The notes beneath the pieces are model-generated. The model ran no database searches. It saw only the letters and a program-made list of their open reading frames with translations, and had not been told where the DNA came from. A DNA stretch of 57,433 bases, the filler included, from Basidiobolus meristosporus CBS 931.73 (Eukaryota; Fungi; Basidiobolomycota): the NCBI GenBank assembly GCA_002104905.1. It is 3 parts of 3 records of this genome, joined end to end, with 100 filler letters (N's around TTAATTAATTAA, not from the genome) between each part and the next. Parts side by side here need not be neighbours in the genome. Positions count along the whole stretch, not along the records: positions 1 to 20,106 come from MCFE01001012.1; positions 20,207 to 39,136 come from MCFE01001044.1; 1 more part is not named here. The stretch is one strand, 5' to 3'. Made by a program: the position numbers and the translations under genes. This document shows, piece by piece, positions 14,096 through 25,800 of the stretch. Numbering within the stretch: the first letter of the stretch is position 1; every line of letters begins with the position of its first letter.

Positions 14096-14431
14096 ATGTC
14101 AAACCAGGAAAATTTTGTGCCCTTGGGCCGAGAGCAGCGAAAGATTTGTTGGCTCGCACGAGACGAGTTTTTCCACTTCCTGGACAGCAAACAGTTAGTG
14201 GACCCGGCGGAGGAAAACGTAGGCCAAGACAAAGTGGGGGCCGCACTGAGAAAGGACTACGAAGAGAAATGCCCTTCGAGCTGGGTGAGCGTGGTCTTGC
14301 CTTTCTCGCAACTTACTCTGTATGCTAATGCGTTTGATAAACCCTCCGTGTAGGTGAAGTACTTCAACGATCTGCGCTTCCGTCAGGCCCACATGGGCGA
14401 AGTACAAAAGACCGGGAACCGCTTACTATGA
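14096..14431 (+). CDS. COA6: Cytochrome c oxidase assembly factor COA6-like (COX6B family), 2 exons (intron 14285-14353)
   Basis: REQRKICWLARDEFF...LRKDYEEKCPSSW|VKYFNDLR matches the R.ER..CW.ARD.YF / CP.SWV.YF family pattern. Confidence 0.82.
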
Positions 14432-14626
14432 GGGAAAATTCTCGAGACTGTCCCTAGGAAGTTTGGTCAGCTCGCCTCCCTTCGAAATCCCATGAAGCCA
14501 TCAGCCTGTTGTACTCATAGTTTACTTTATTTGGGGTATATTAAAGGACATTTACAATGATTGGGTTATGTGAGAATGATATAGTGCGGCTTTACAGAGT
14601 GAACCCCATCGAATGTGACGGGGTTC

Positions 14627-16332
14627 TCAGACGGCTACGTGCTTGCTGCGTTCGTGATCTTCCTTCGATTCATCCTCTACGATCGACTCCAATGATCTGT
14701 CCTTGGTTTCGGGGATCAAAAAGGTTGCCAGAAGCCCGAGAAACATGAAGAACGAAAAGACCAGCATCAGCTTTGGGATGAACTTCCCTTTCCCGCCCAG
14801 ATCTTGTAACGGGCCAAACGTGGTGGTCGCCAGTATGGCCCCGAGCTTGCCACATGCTGCCGAGATGCCATGCCCGGTTGATCTGAAGCGGGTTGGAAAG
14901 ACCTCGCTGGGAATGACGAACGTGGTGGTGTTGGGGCCGAAGTTGAAAAACAACTGTCCAACTATATAAAGCCCTATGAACAGTCCAATGGAGTTGGCCA
15001 TCAGTGCCTCATACTCTACCCCCAGTATCAATAGGATTATGGTGAGCATGGAAAACCCAAGGATCTGGATAGGTTTCCGCCCAACCTTGTCGATTAAAAT
15101 GACGGTGATCCAGTATCCAGGCACAGTCCCAACCATGCTGATCAGTGCGTTTCCTAATGCCAAGCTGTGCAGCATTGCATACGGTGTGGTCTTATCGGAG
15201 TATCCAATGGACGTCAGCACCACAGAGGTGTTCAGCCCAAGCCCGTAAAACGCCACGTCCAGTGAAAACCATGCGAGGGAGCAGCCCAAGAGAACCTTGA
15301 AATTTCTCCACTGCCCGAAATACTCGCGGAACTCAAGCAGCATGTTCCGACGTGTGGGGCTTGGGCGGGCCAAGGCGTTGGAGCTTGCGGGGCTATTTGG
15401 AAACTGGATGGCCTGGCCAGTAAATCTAGAGGTATCGGCCACCGCGCGCCCGAGATCTCCCTCGACATCCATCGTGAATCTGGGGGTTTCAGGTATAGTC
15501 ATTCGGTAGTAGACGGTGAAAAGCGCGGGGATTGCGCCGAACCCAACGATCAAGCGCCATACGTAGTCTACAGTGTAAGGATCCTCCTCAATGCTCCTCT
15601 TGAACAGGACCAAAACAAACATCGATACCAACGCGGCGCTAAGAATCCCCAACCCTTGCATTGCGAAAACCGCGGCAACCATCTTCCCACGGTGTTTGGC
15701 ATGGGCAAACTCACTGGTGATAACCGCCGAGACCGGATAGTCGCCACCTAACGATGTGGACCAAATGCGGCCTGTTAGCAAACGACCCCATCAGTGAGTG
15801 GATGGCCAGGCTTACCGATCCCAAATCCCAGAACCAGCCTCCAGAAACACAGCATAGAGACCATGGAGAGGCCGGGAAATGCGTTGAACGAAAGCGCGCA
15901 GCCAATAGCGCCAACAACCATGATCATCAGTTCTACGCCATAGATCTTGGAACGCAAGTTAGCATGCAACTGTTGCTGGAATGCCATGCCGCACTTACTC
16001 TTACCCACCTTTTTTCTACCTAGTCGGTCCGCAAGCACCCCGAATAAAAGTTGCCCCAGGAGCGTTCCCACTGCTGCCGTGCCCTTGATTAGTGCGTCCA
16101 CGGAAGACGGGACTTTGCCATCCTCGAATCTGTCGTAATATGACATTCCAATCATGGGGACGGCCAGGTTCACGATGAAAAGGTCATACGCATCGGTGAA
16201 AAACCCAATCCCAGACACCAGAACCGCCTTCAAGTGGTACCATGATAGTGCTGTCTCATCCAACACGTCGAGCACTTGCTTTCTTGCCTCGGAACTCTCG
16301 TGCCTTAGAAGTGGAGAGCTCTCGTGATGCAT
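14627..16332 (-). CDS. PHO84: MFS phosphate:H+ symporter (PHS family), spliced (about 3 exons)
   Basis: SGIGFFTDAYDLF, GQLLFGVLADRLGRKK, GGDYPVSAVITSE, SWFSLDVAFYG-like TM7, FFNFGPNTTTFVIPSEVFPTRFRSTGHGISAACGKLGA. Confidence 0.94.
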
Positions 16333-17723
16333 TTCGAATCGCTGAAAGTAGACGGAGAAACAAAAGATATGTCCAACAGAGCCAAATGACCAGGGTGAAT
16401 TGAACAGAGGAGATGGCACCTATTACCTAGACGGAAAGTGGAATTGCTTGCTTGTCTCAGAGTCCCCATTCCGCTGGCAGCATTTATAATGCTTTTGCCG
16501 TGACTGTGGTTCAGAAGAATGGGCGTGAACGTGGTGTTTGTTCCGCTAGTGATAGGCTAGCAGGCTGCGATAGAATACCGCTTCACTTCAATTTCAGGAA
16601 TGGACATAAATTACGGAGAAGGGATGGTGTGCTCTCTAGTCAACTCGATTCTCCACCATGAGCCTAACAGCACAGTCATTGGCTCTTCTGAGAGGTACGG
16701 AGATATATTAATCTGAGCCGATCAAGAGGCAACACGCACCAGCTAGCAAGGGGGGTTTCTATTCCAACCACGGAATCCAGCATTACGGCACACCTTCACA
16801 ATCCAAGGGCCCCTATTGGATGGACATGATGACACATGGGCAGCATTATATATGGAGCGCTAATATCAGGCTTTGCGCCAGGATTCCCATTGTATGCCGC
16901 TCGATAAGAGCAATACTCCAAAAGGGACAAATGAAATCGGCCGTTGCTCACATAGAAATAACACACCCGCCCACCTTTCGAAGCGAAATAGAGGACACAC
17001 ATCATTGACGATTCTCGAAGTTACCCACACTCTGCAGGAACTTCAAGTGCAGGCATCTCCCTTCTCCGGAGTAGAGTGACTCTGGCCCACAAGACATTCA
17101 TAGTGGCCAGTTCGACTTCTGAAATGGCTCGAAATCATGAGTTTGCCACACCTTCGATCCTTCTACGAACTCGATCTATTGCGTGGGATATTAGCACCCG
17201 CATGGTTCACTATTGCTTCCTTCAACCTCGAATTCCACGATGGCTCGGCCGTTGTTTTGGCACACCCACTTGTCAGTGTGCCACTGTCCAACTGACTTGT
17301 GTCCAGCACAAACCGGAATCTTTGCCAAGAACAGAAACCAATACCATCAAGAGCTAGCACTCCAGCTAGACCTGCCAAACAGTAGACAACAAGCAATGTC
17401 GATGTTGATCAGCATTCGAATCTGCTCCGACTTCCCGCGATAGCCAATCAAGTGAGCGCACTCAAATCCGCCAACATCAAACACTCCAACATTCATATTG
17501 GAATTGGTGGATGATATTACCTTTTCTCTACAGGAATGATTCATCATCCACAAACTTGAACCTCTTAACGGGAATAGATGCATGATAATTCCCCATCGCT
17601 CCATGCGATATTTTCATGGTCCGCTCATAGGAATCCACCAGAAGTTTTACTCTTAAAATATCCCTAACCCAAGCTTATCGAGAATTGGTCACTCACAATG
17701 AATTAGACTCTGGCGGCTTCATA

Positions 17724-17805
17724 TGCTGTAAATTTCGCAATTACACCTAAGTATTCCCCTAACTTAGTCACTTAGATCATTGTCTACAAATCTTAGAGAA
17801 TTCCC
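17724..17805 (+). mobile_element. Partial (5' part) copia-type LTR
   Basis: Begins TGCTGTAA and shares ACCTAA..AACTTAGTCACTTAGATCATT..CAAATC.TAGAGAA with the LTR copies downstream. Confidence 0.6.
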
Positions 17806-18109
17806 TAAGAAAAAAAGATTAAGAAAAGGCCAGCAGATTGCTGTCACAACATCAGCTGAATTCCAAATTTCGCAAAACTGACAACTCTCAATATCTCAGG
17901 TATTAGCTATTTGGCAGACAAGCAGACATATTCTCCAGGAGACTAGTCCATGTAGCATTCATACCACATTTTAGTTTTTTCATGGGGATTCTGCCCTTTT
18001 GGACTAAATTGGACTAGAGAGATGGTTGACTAAATGGAATAGCCTCGTTTAATCTGCAAGCTTAAGTACTTGTACAGTATCAGAAAGCCTCTAAATGCAT
18101 AGGAACAAG

Positions 18110-18440
18110 TTGTAAAAAATTCGGAATTCCACCTAAATATTCACCTAACTTAGTCACTTAGATCATTACCTTCAAATCCTAGAGAATACTGACCAAATTG
18201 CTTGTCGGGATTTACTTAGAATATTTACCCAGAACATGAAAATTCTCAAAGTTGTCCAAACAGCCCCAAACTTTGCACACATGTTCTTGGGACCTTCCTT
18301 AACCTATTCTACGTGTTTGTAATGCCAAGACCAGGTAAAAGTATAAATACTACCTTTACATTCAATAAATCATTAAGTGAAAACCACATAATCTACTTGT
18401 TCTCCCAATCACTTCCAATATCTCCAAGACTCTTACAACA
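18110..18440 (+). mobile_element. Solo LTR (Ty5/copia-type), possible 5-bp TSD ACAAG
   Basis: ~330 bp, ends TTACAACA, has internal GTATAAATA then CAATAAA; ACAAG lies at 18105-18109 and 18441-18445. Confidence 0.75.
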
Positions 18441-18721
18441 ACAAGGAATCTGGTCAGTGTTCTCTGAGATTTCTAGGTAATGCTCTAAGTAACTATGTTG
18501 GGCAATTATATAGATGTATTAATTCACTTTTACAACACTGTGGACTTGAAAAGATCAGGTAATTAGAGGACCCCTGAACCTTGTTTATATGCTCCTGAGA
18601 CCTTACTACATACACTCAATATTTATATAATAGTAAACCATATAAACAGTTAATTCCGCTTGTACATGTAACAGGTCATTAAGTGATGATCAAACCACCT
18701 TCTTGTTTTAAGAGTTACTTC

Positions 18722-19064
18722 TGGTGTAAGCTTTGTAATTATACTTAAATATTCATCCAACTTAGTCACATGAATCATTACCTACAAATCCTAGAGAATT
18801 CTGATCCAATTCTTTGTTGGGGCTTGGAATATTTTCACCAAATTGTCAGATACCCATTACATGAAATTTGTCAGAGTTGTCTAAACACCCCAAACTTTGA
18901 ACACATGCTCTTGGGATCTTCTCAAACATGATTTACATGCTGGTTTTGCCAAGATCATGTAAAAGTACAAATGCTGCTTTTACATTCAATAACACAATAA
19001 GCAAAAATGACATAACCTGCATGTTCTTGCAGTCACTTCCAATATGTCCAAGACTCTTACAACA
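18722..19064 (+). mobile_element. Solo LTR (same family, diverged)
   Basis: TGGTGTAA...TTACAACA termini; alignable by eye to the other copies (CCCCAAACTTTG.ACACATG.TCTTGGGA.CTT). Confidence 0.75.
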
Positions 19065-19069
19065 GCTTA

Positions 19070-20106
19070 TGTTGTAATTATTGAATTGTCACCTAAATAT
19101 TCATGCTAACTTAGTCACATAGATCTTATTCTGTGATTAGCATTCTGTCCTGACTAGATTTCTTGTCGGGATTTACTTAGAATATTTTTCACCAAATTGT
19201 CAGGTACCCAGATTATTATTTTTTTCAAAGTTATCCAAAAGACCCCAAACTTTGCACACATACTCTTGGGACCTTCCTTAACAAACTCTACACGTTTGTT
19301 TCCCCTACTTTATCAAAAGTATAAATACCATACTTTTGATCAATAAATCTACAAGTGAATAACATGTAAATCTTCTAGTTCTCCACATCACTTCCAATAC
19401 TCCTCAGAATATTGCAACAGGTTATGAGCCCCGAGCTTGCTGTCCTCTTGGTGTCTACTATGCTTTGGATCCTTTTCTGCTAGTCTGGAGAAAGACTTTC
19501 CGCACTATTGCTCTGCTAAGGTTAAAGAAGACTACCGCTGCTAAAGGACTATGTTTATGAGGATATTGCTGTGGAGAAGAAGGCCTTGCCTTCAAAAGAT
19601 GCTTTCAGTAACTATCCAAGTTAGTTATGGAGAAGAGTCAATCAAACTGGCATGTAATTGTGTCAAGAAATATAGTATGTTGGTGCTCTACCACTACTGA
19701 AGAAAATTGTGTAATTCCAGCAATTGAGGGTCCAGATCTACAATGAAATATACTGCAATATGTATTCATATGACCCCAATTGACTGTTAGACGAGCTCTT
19801 GAATAGGATATTATCCTGAATTGCAAAAAAAAAAATATAGATCATTATTAATGATTGCCGGAGGAGGATTTTACCAAAAATCTGTTGCCACTCAAAATAC
19901 AGCTGAGAATGCAAATACTGGAGCTGTTAGCCGCTATTCTGGACTATCTACTGATGGAAAAAGATCTCAGAAACAAGCTTCCTGAATTGTAAGGATCCCA
20001 ATGATATATAATACATATATATCCACCTGGAGTACGGATATGTACTACACAATCCATTAGAAGAATGCTATAATTGTATCAAGTGTTTTGATACTGAAAC
20101 CAGTGT
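19070..20106 (+). mobile_element. 5' LTR (19070-19419) + PBS (19420-19431) + decayed internal region of a Ty5/copia-like retrotransposon, truncated by the gap
   Basis: TGTTGTAA...TTGCAACA followed immediately by GGTTATGAGCCC, complementary to the anticodon half of initiator tRNA-Met (the Ty5/copia half-tRNA PBS). Confidence 0.82.
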
Positions 20107-20206
20107 NNNNNNNNNNNNNNNNNNNNNNNNNNNNNNNNNNNNNNNNNNNNTTAATTAATTAANNNNNNNNNNNNNNNNNNNNNNNNNNNNNNNNNNNNNN
20201 NNNNNN
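20107..20206. other. Artificial scaffold spacer (N44-TTAATTAATTAA-N44)
   Basis: Exactly 100 nt with a six-frame-stop linker; identical to the spacer at 39137. Confidence 0.97.
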
Positions 20207-20997
20207 TCCTCTGGTATTCACACAATGGTGGTCTATTTTTTTTGCAATTCAGGATGATATCCTATCCAAAACCTTGTCTAACAGTCATTTGAGGTCATAT
20301 GAATACATATAGCAATATCTCTCATTGTAGATCTGGACCCTTAATTGCTGGAGTTATGTAATTTTCTTCAGTAGTGATAGAGTACCATCATATTATATTT
20401 CTTGACATATTTACATGTCAGCTTGATAGGCTCTCCTTCATAAACAGCTTGAGTAGTTACTGAATGAGTCTCTTGGAGGCAAGGCCTTCTTCTCCACAGC
20501 AATATTTTCATGAACATAGTCCTTTTAGCAGCAATAGTCATCCTTAACTTTGGCAGGGCAATAGTGCGCAAAGTCTTTGTGCAGACTAGCAGAAAAGGAT
20601 CCCAGGCAAAGCAGACAACAAAAGGACAGCAAGCTTAGGGCTCATAACCTGTTGCAATACTCTGAGGAGTATTGGAAGTGATGTGGAGAACTAGAGGATT
20701 CACATGTTATTCACTTGTAGATTTGTTGATCCAAAGTGTGGTATTTACACTATTGACAAAGTAGCGTAAGCAAACATGTAGAGTTTGTTGAGAAAGGTCC
20801 CAAGAATATGTGTGCAAAGTTTGGGGGCCTTTGGACAACTTTCTGAAAGACCATAATCTGGGCACCTGATAATTTGGTGAAAATATTCTAAGTAAATCCT
20901 GACAAGAAATTTGGTCTGGACAGAATGTTATTCAAAGAATAAGATCTATATGACTAAAGGAGCATGAATATTTTGGTAACAACTTAATAATTACATT
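20207..20997 (-). mobile_element. Second 5' LTR + PBS + internal region of the same copia family, inverted, reading towards the gap
   Basis: Diverged reverse complement of about 19072-19866; PBS appears as AGGGCTCATAACC at 20637-20649. Confidence 0.8.
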
Positions 20998-20999
20998 AA

Positions 21000-23900
21000 A
21001 TATTACCCTACAAGAGATCTAAGTTGAAGCTCATCCAGTTTTCAGCCGGAAACAATACACTGCTGATTACCATATTTAGCATCAGTGCTAGTAGGCCCAA
21101 CTGCCTCTTGGTACATATGTCTGCTTGTCTGCCAAACTGCTAGTACCTGAGATGTTGAGAGTTGCTGATTTTGCAAAACTTGAGTTCTGCTGATCTTGTG
21201 ACAGTTTACTGCTGGCCTCTTGTTAATTTCTCTACCTAGGGTCTGTTGAAGAATGCCAAACTGTACCTTAAGATGCCAGAGCCTTATAAGAAATAATTTG
21301 GTACCACTGGTGGATCCAATCTTGATCAGCCATCAGGATCCCATTTGGTGACTGTAATAACACCAGCAGCTTGGAATTAATGACCCTCTTGACTAGCTTA
21401 TGACAAGATCATGATCCAGAGTGTGAAAAATGTTCTCCCTCAATGGTGGTGGATTCCTGACAATTTGGTCATGTTGCAATGGTGGCATCTTTGGATGTGA
21501 ATGCCATGTAACAGTTAACACATGCTGGAACCAGGACAGTCTCTGGGTCATATGTTGCCAGCTGCATGACATTTGTCCACTTGTGCCATGTACATGGTAA
21601 GTTGCATCCTGGAAAGATTTTGGCAAGAAGTAGTAATAAATCCTCAAAGCCCCAATTCTGAGATTAGTGGAAACATGCAACTTCTCTAGGCACAGCATCA
21701 CATCATTCACCAGTAGATGGACTACAGGGCTCACTTAGCTCCATAAAATATCCTTGGCAATTGTTTCAACTGGTGCTATCTCATTGAATATCAGGATTTG
21801 ACTGGGCCCATGAGTGGTACTGTTGTTAGGGGAGATAGGCCATAATCCATCAGCAAGCTTTCTTTGTCAGAGCTATCACTCTGCATGCCATATTCAGAAG
21901 GCTATGCAGAGCCTAAAGGCATCACAAACTCACCTGACTCAGTTTGAGCAAGGTGATAATGATGGCCAGGTGCTGATATTGAGGTATCAACTAGCTAGCA
22001 AGATAAAGTTAGCACAGTAGTGACTGATGAATGGTCAGATATGACTTGTGTGGAAAAACACTGGCCATGATCCTTTCATTACTTCCTACGCTCTATGTGT
22101 GCTTCATGACTGAGAGGCTTGCTACAATAGCCACATGGTCTTTTCTCCCTTCTCTTATGGCATTGACTCAAAGCAGTCTTGTCCATGGGGCCAACAGTTT
22201 GACCTTCAACAATGTAATGCTATTATATCACTTTTTGGTCAATACTTGTGTGAATTTATGGCAGTCTTGTATTTGAGACATGGCACCTATATGAAAGTAA
22301 GATTCAATGATGACCTGCTATATTAAGCATTATAAATAAAGTTGTGGCATTACATACACACATATATGTAACACTATTTCCCCTTTGGCTTGACTCACTT
22401 CCATATATATATGCTGCCAAAAAACAAAGCAAAGTTTTCTGGTTCCCAACCAAACCCCACTGCTGACAGCAGCAGAAGGAAGGTTGAACAACAGCTTACT
22501 TTGACATTCAGTGCAACAAGCAGGGCTACATCTAAAACAGCTTTGTTGACAGTGTGCCAACTGAAGGTAATAATGCGGACTCTTCAGGCACTCAGTCAAG
22601 TAGGCAATTGAGAACCTCTGCAGAGCCACAAGCTAACTGTTATGCTCAGGAAGATGAGAATGTAGCAAACACAGTACCCTCAGTAGAACACTAGCAAGTG
22701 ACTGTCATAACATCACCCCCACCCATATTAGCAAGTATGTTGTCAGCACATACTAAAGCATTAGTGAAGCAATTAGGTGCAGTGGCTGATAGGATAGATG
22801 CAATGACCCAGAGAAATCAGGAAATAGTCCAGAATCAGGATCAGTGGTTAATATGTGTAGAGCAATCAATATCCCAGGTAGAGAAAGGAGTATCTTTGCT
22901 GCAAAGAAGGAACTCAAGTAGCTCAATGGTACAGCCAAGAATTGAGCCATTTCCCAATGTAACAGCAGAGAATCACTATACAGTCTTTGAAGCACAATAG
23001 CAGTGCCCAAAGATACAGCCCACAGAAAAACCTATCACAGCATGGGAGGGAGACAATGTGGTTTTTATACCATAGCCTAAAAATCAAAAGTCATTGAAGA
23101 TCTGTGAAGCCATTGAGTGCAATAATGAAGAGTGGGCCAATATTCAAGAGGCTGTCAGAAGTCTAGAATGCCATCACCTTAAGGCCAGCATACCATGGGA
23201 CCATCAGGAACTCAAGGCCAAGCAGAATGCACTTGATCTCTTCCATGGGCATTATTCTGGATTCAAATAGGCAAACAGATCTTGGGCCACCATTGGTATG
23301 CTAAGAAAGTATCTTAAGAATAGCAGAAACTATAAAAAGGCAGAAGAACAAGGGTGCCATGGCTAAAAACCAGTGGTTTCCTCAAGAGTGCATTACAAGC
23401 AGGGCCAAATGCTCCAAACAAGCATCAAAGAGATGTCAGGTAGCTGGAAAAGTGCCAATTAGGGACAGGCAGGCAGACATGGACACACCAGTACAACATT
23501 TATCATGGAAAACGTGTAGTACCACTCAAGAAGCACCCAATCAAAGTAACAGTGAAGGACCTGGAAGTGATAAAGACCAGCAGCTCTCACAGGAGCCCAT
23601 CACAACTACAGCTGAGAGCTCAAAGCAAGCGGAAAAGAAATGTCAGGTTGCCAGAAGAGTGCCAGTAAGGGACAAGCAGGCCAAAACAGATGCATCAGAG
23701 CAGAATTTATCAACAAGAAAATGTAGTCTAGTACAAGAAGTACTCAGACAAAGTAACAGTGAAAGACCTGGCAGTGATAAAGGAAAAGATAAAGGGAAAA
23801 ATGTCTACCCAAGCCTGAGACAGGGAAGCATCCAGAAACAACTGCAGTTCTTGCCAATTAGCACTGCAAGCCCACAACAGACTGAATCCCTTTATAGCTA

Positions 23901-25800
23901 AGAAGAATTACCAACCAGAAAACAGCTGTTTTCACAAGAGCTGGATGCACCGCCAGTTGAGCTACACTCCAGCAAGGTAGGTGAGTTTGCTGAAAAAGGC
24001 AATTTGTCTACCACTGCCTCCACATCCTCCACTGTTGCCAGAGTGGAGATCCCACCAACAAACAAGGCTGCAATGTCAGGAACTTAAAAGACTATCACAA
24101 TGGCTTCAGTGGAATTCTGGAACATTAATAGGCACACTAAGAGGTTGCAGCACTTCTTCAAGAGCAGTGCTCAAGAAAACACACTTAAATATTGCAAGGA
24201 TTTACTGCAAAGACTGGCAGATGAGGTGCTGGACCTTGCAGTGCCGGCTGAGAACCAGGATGTGTGGGAACTAGCAAATGACAGTAGCATAAAGCCATTG
24301 GGTTCCCACCAAAGTCATGGAACCAGAGCATCACAGCAGAAATACTTATTGAGCAGTGGATTTTAATGGAGTTACTTGTTGAGTGAGGGGTTGTGCTTAA
24401 TGTTAGTGTAGGATACAGGAACTGGTATAGGTCAATACAATTGGAAATTGAGGTACAACTGAAGTTTCAATTGAAGTAAATCAATTCTTACGCATGAAAA
24501 GTAAGTGAAACAGTTGCGTTGGTAAGTAAGGAGTGTAAAAAAGAGGCAATATCCAGTCAATGCACACAAATGTAGGGGGTGATAGAGTGTCTGGGATCAG
24601 AAAGTGAGTGAACTGGTGGAGAACCAACAAAACCCACTTATAAATCAATGTGATGAGAAATTTTGACTGAGTTTTTTGTAAAATCTGGGGTGCAATTATT
24701 TTTCAATGGTCTCTGCATGGTGTCTGGATGGGATCAGTACCTTTTGGTCACAGACCTTTAAATCTGCGACAGCCTTTTGACAGGATCAGCACAATAATTT
24801 CTCATAGGGGAAAGCCACAAAGGCATCAGGTTTTGCCACAAACACAGAAATGCTATGGTACATCCTCAAGCAGAGTAACCTCTGTTTTTACTCACCTCTA
24901 CTTTGTACCTTTGTTTAAGTCAAAGTGGTGCAAAATTTATGTGAGAGGTGGTGCTTATTAAATATTTGCTTAGAAGTGAAATCAATATAGTAGATTATTA
25001 GTTCCAGATGGTATGCATTGGGAAAAAAGTTTGATGTGCTTTTTTAACAAGCTACAGACCCCTGGAGCAGGTTTCAAAGTGCTGTAGGTCTTGGGTATCT
25101 TACCAACATCAGGCATACTTTCATATCTAATATATCACACATTATTTTGACCCAAAAAATGACCTAAAGATTAGCATTTTACATTAAGGAGAGTGAAATG
25201 CAGAGGCTACACTACATGAGGGTGTGCAAAAGTAATTCTGTATTTATGACAGTGTCTTTTGAAGTTTTCTGGATCTTTGGGGCATCATTTGGCACTATCT
25301 GACAGAGCAAGTCTATTGCTAGAGGTGAAGTGGATATGATGCAACTTGTAAGACTGGTATTGTGACTGTGCACAGTTACAACCATAGGACACAATTGAGA
25401 TATATTGATGAGCCAGTGCTCCATATGTAGTAGTGTTTACCACATGATTTCCAGAATGCACAGGTCTCTACAATCCCCTTACAAAGCTACACCAAAGTAA
25501 CTCACAGTGGATGTGTATGCAAGGGCCCAAGAACAGGCATACAAGTAATCCAGTTTCTGAGGTTGACAAGTGAAGTATCATGTGTGATGTTGGTCCCTAG
25601 GTGGTGGAATAAATTTCATCCAATTCTCAGCTAGGAATACAGCCAAGAGAGTGATGCGACCAATAGACTAAGATTTTGGTGAGTAATCTGAAGTAGATAT
25701 TCTGGTGTAAGTACAAATATCTCCTACAAAAACAATATAAACCTAGGGAAACCATAACGTCTATGTTCAAACAGTAATCATCAATGTGGGGACCGGCTTT
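21000..25800. mobile_element. Degenerate, CpG-depleted transposon-like relics (family unassigned)
   Basis: Stop-riddled divergent ORF remnants (minus ~21390-22630, plus ~22700-24370), very few CpGs, and a segment at 21100-21240 homologous in reverse to 17805-17950. Confidence 0.45.

Noticed and set aside
11800-16800. Zap1 ZRE upstream of the ZIP gene and Pho4 CACGTG upstream of PHO84
   Set aside because: No convincing match upstream of either gene; the CACGTG at 13600 is downstream of both.
16850-17420. Possible small secreted protein (LLVVYCLAGLAGVLALD...)
   Set aside because: No in-frame ATG and multiple stops; an unidentifiable remnant.
19065-19424. GCTTA/GGTTA as a target-site duplication around LTR 19070-19419
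   Set aside because: GGTTA is the start of the PBS GGTTATGAGCCC, so this is a 5' LTR, not a solo LTR.
20151-20162. TTAATTAATTAA palindrome (also 39181-39192)
   Set aside because: Artificial linker centred in a 100-nt N spacer.
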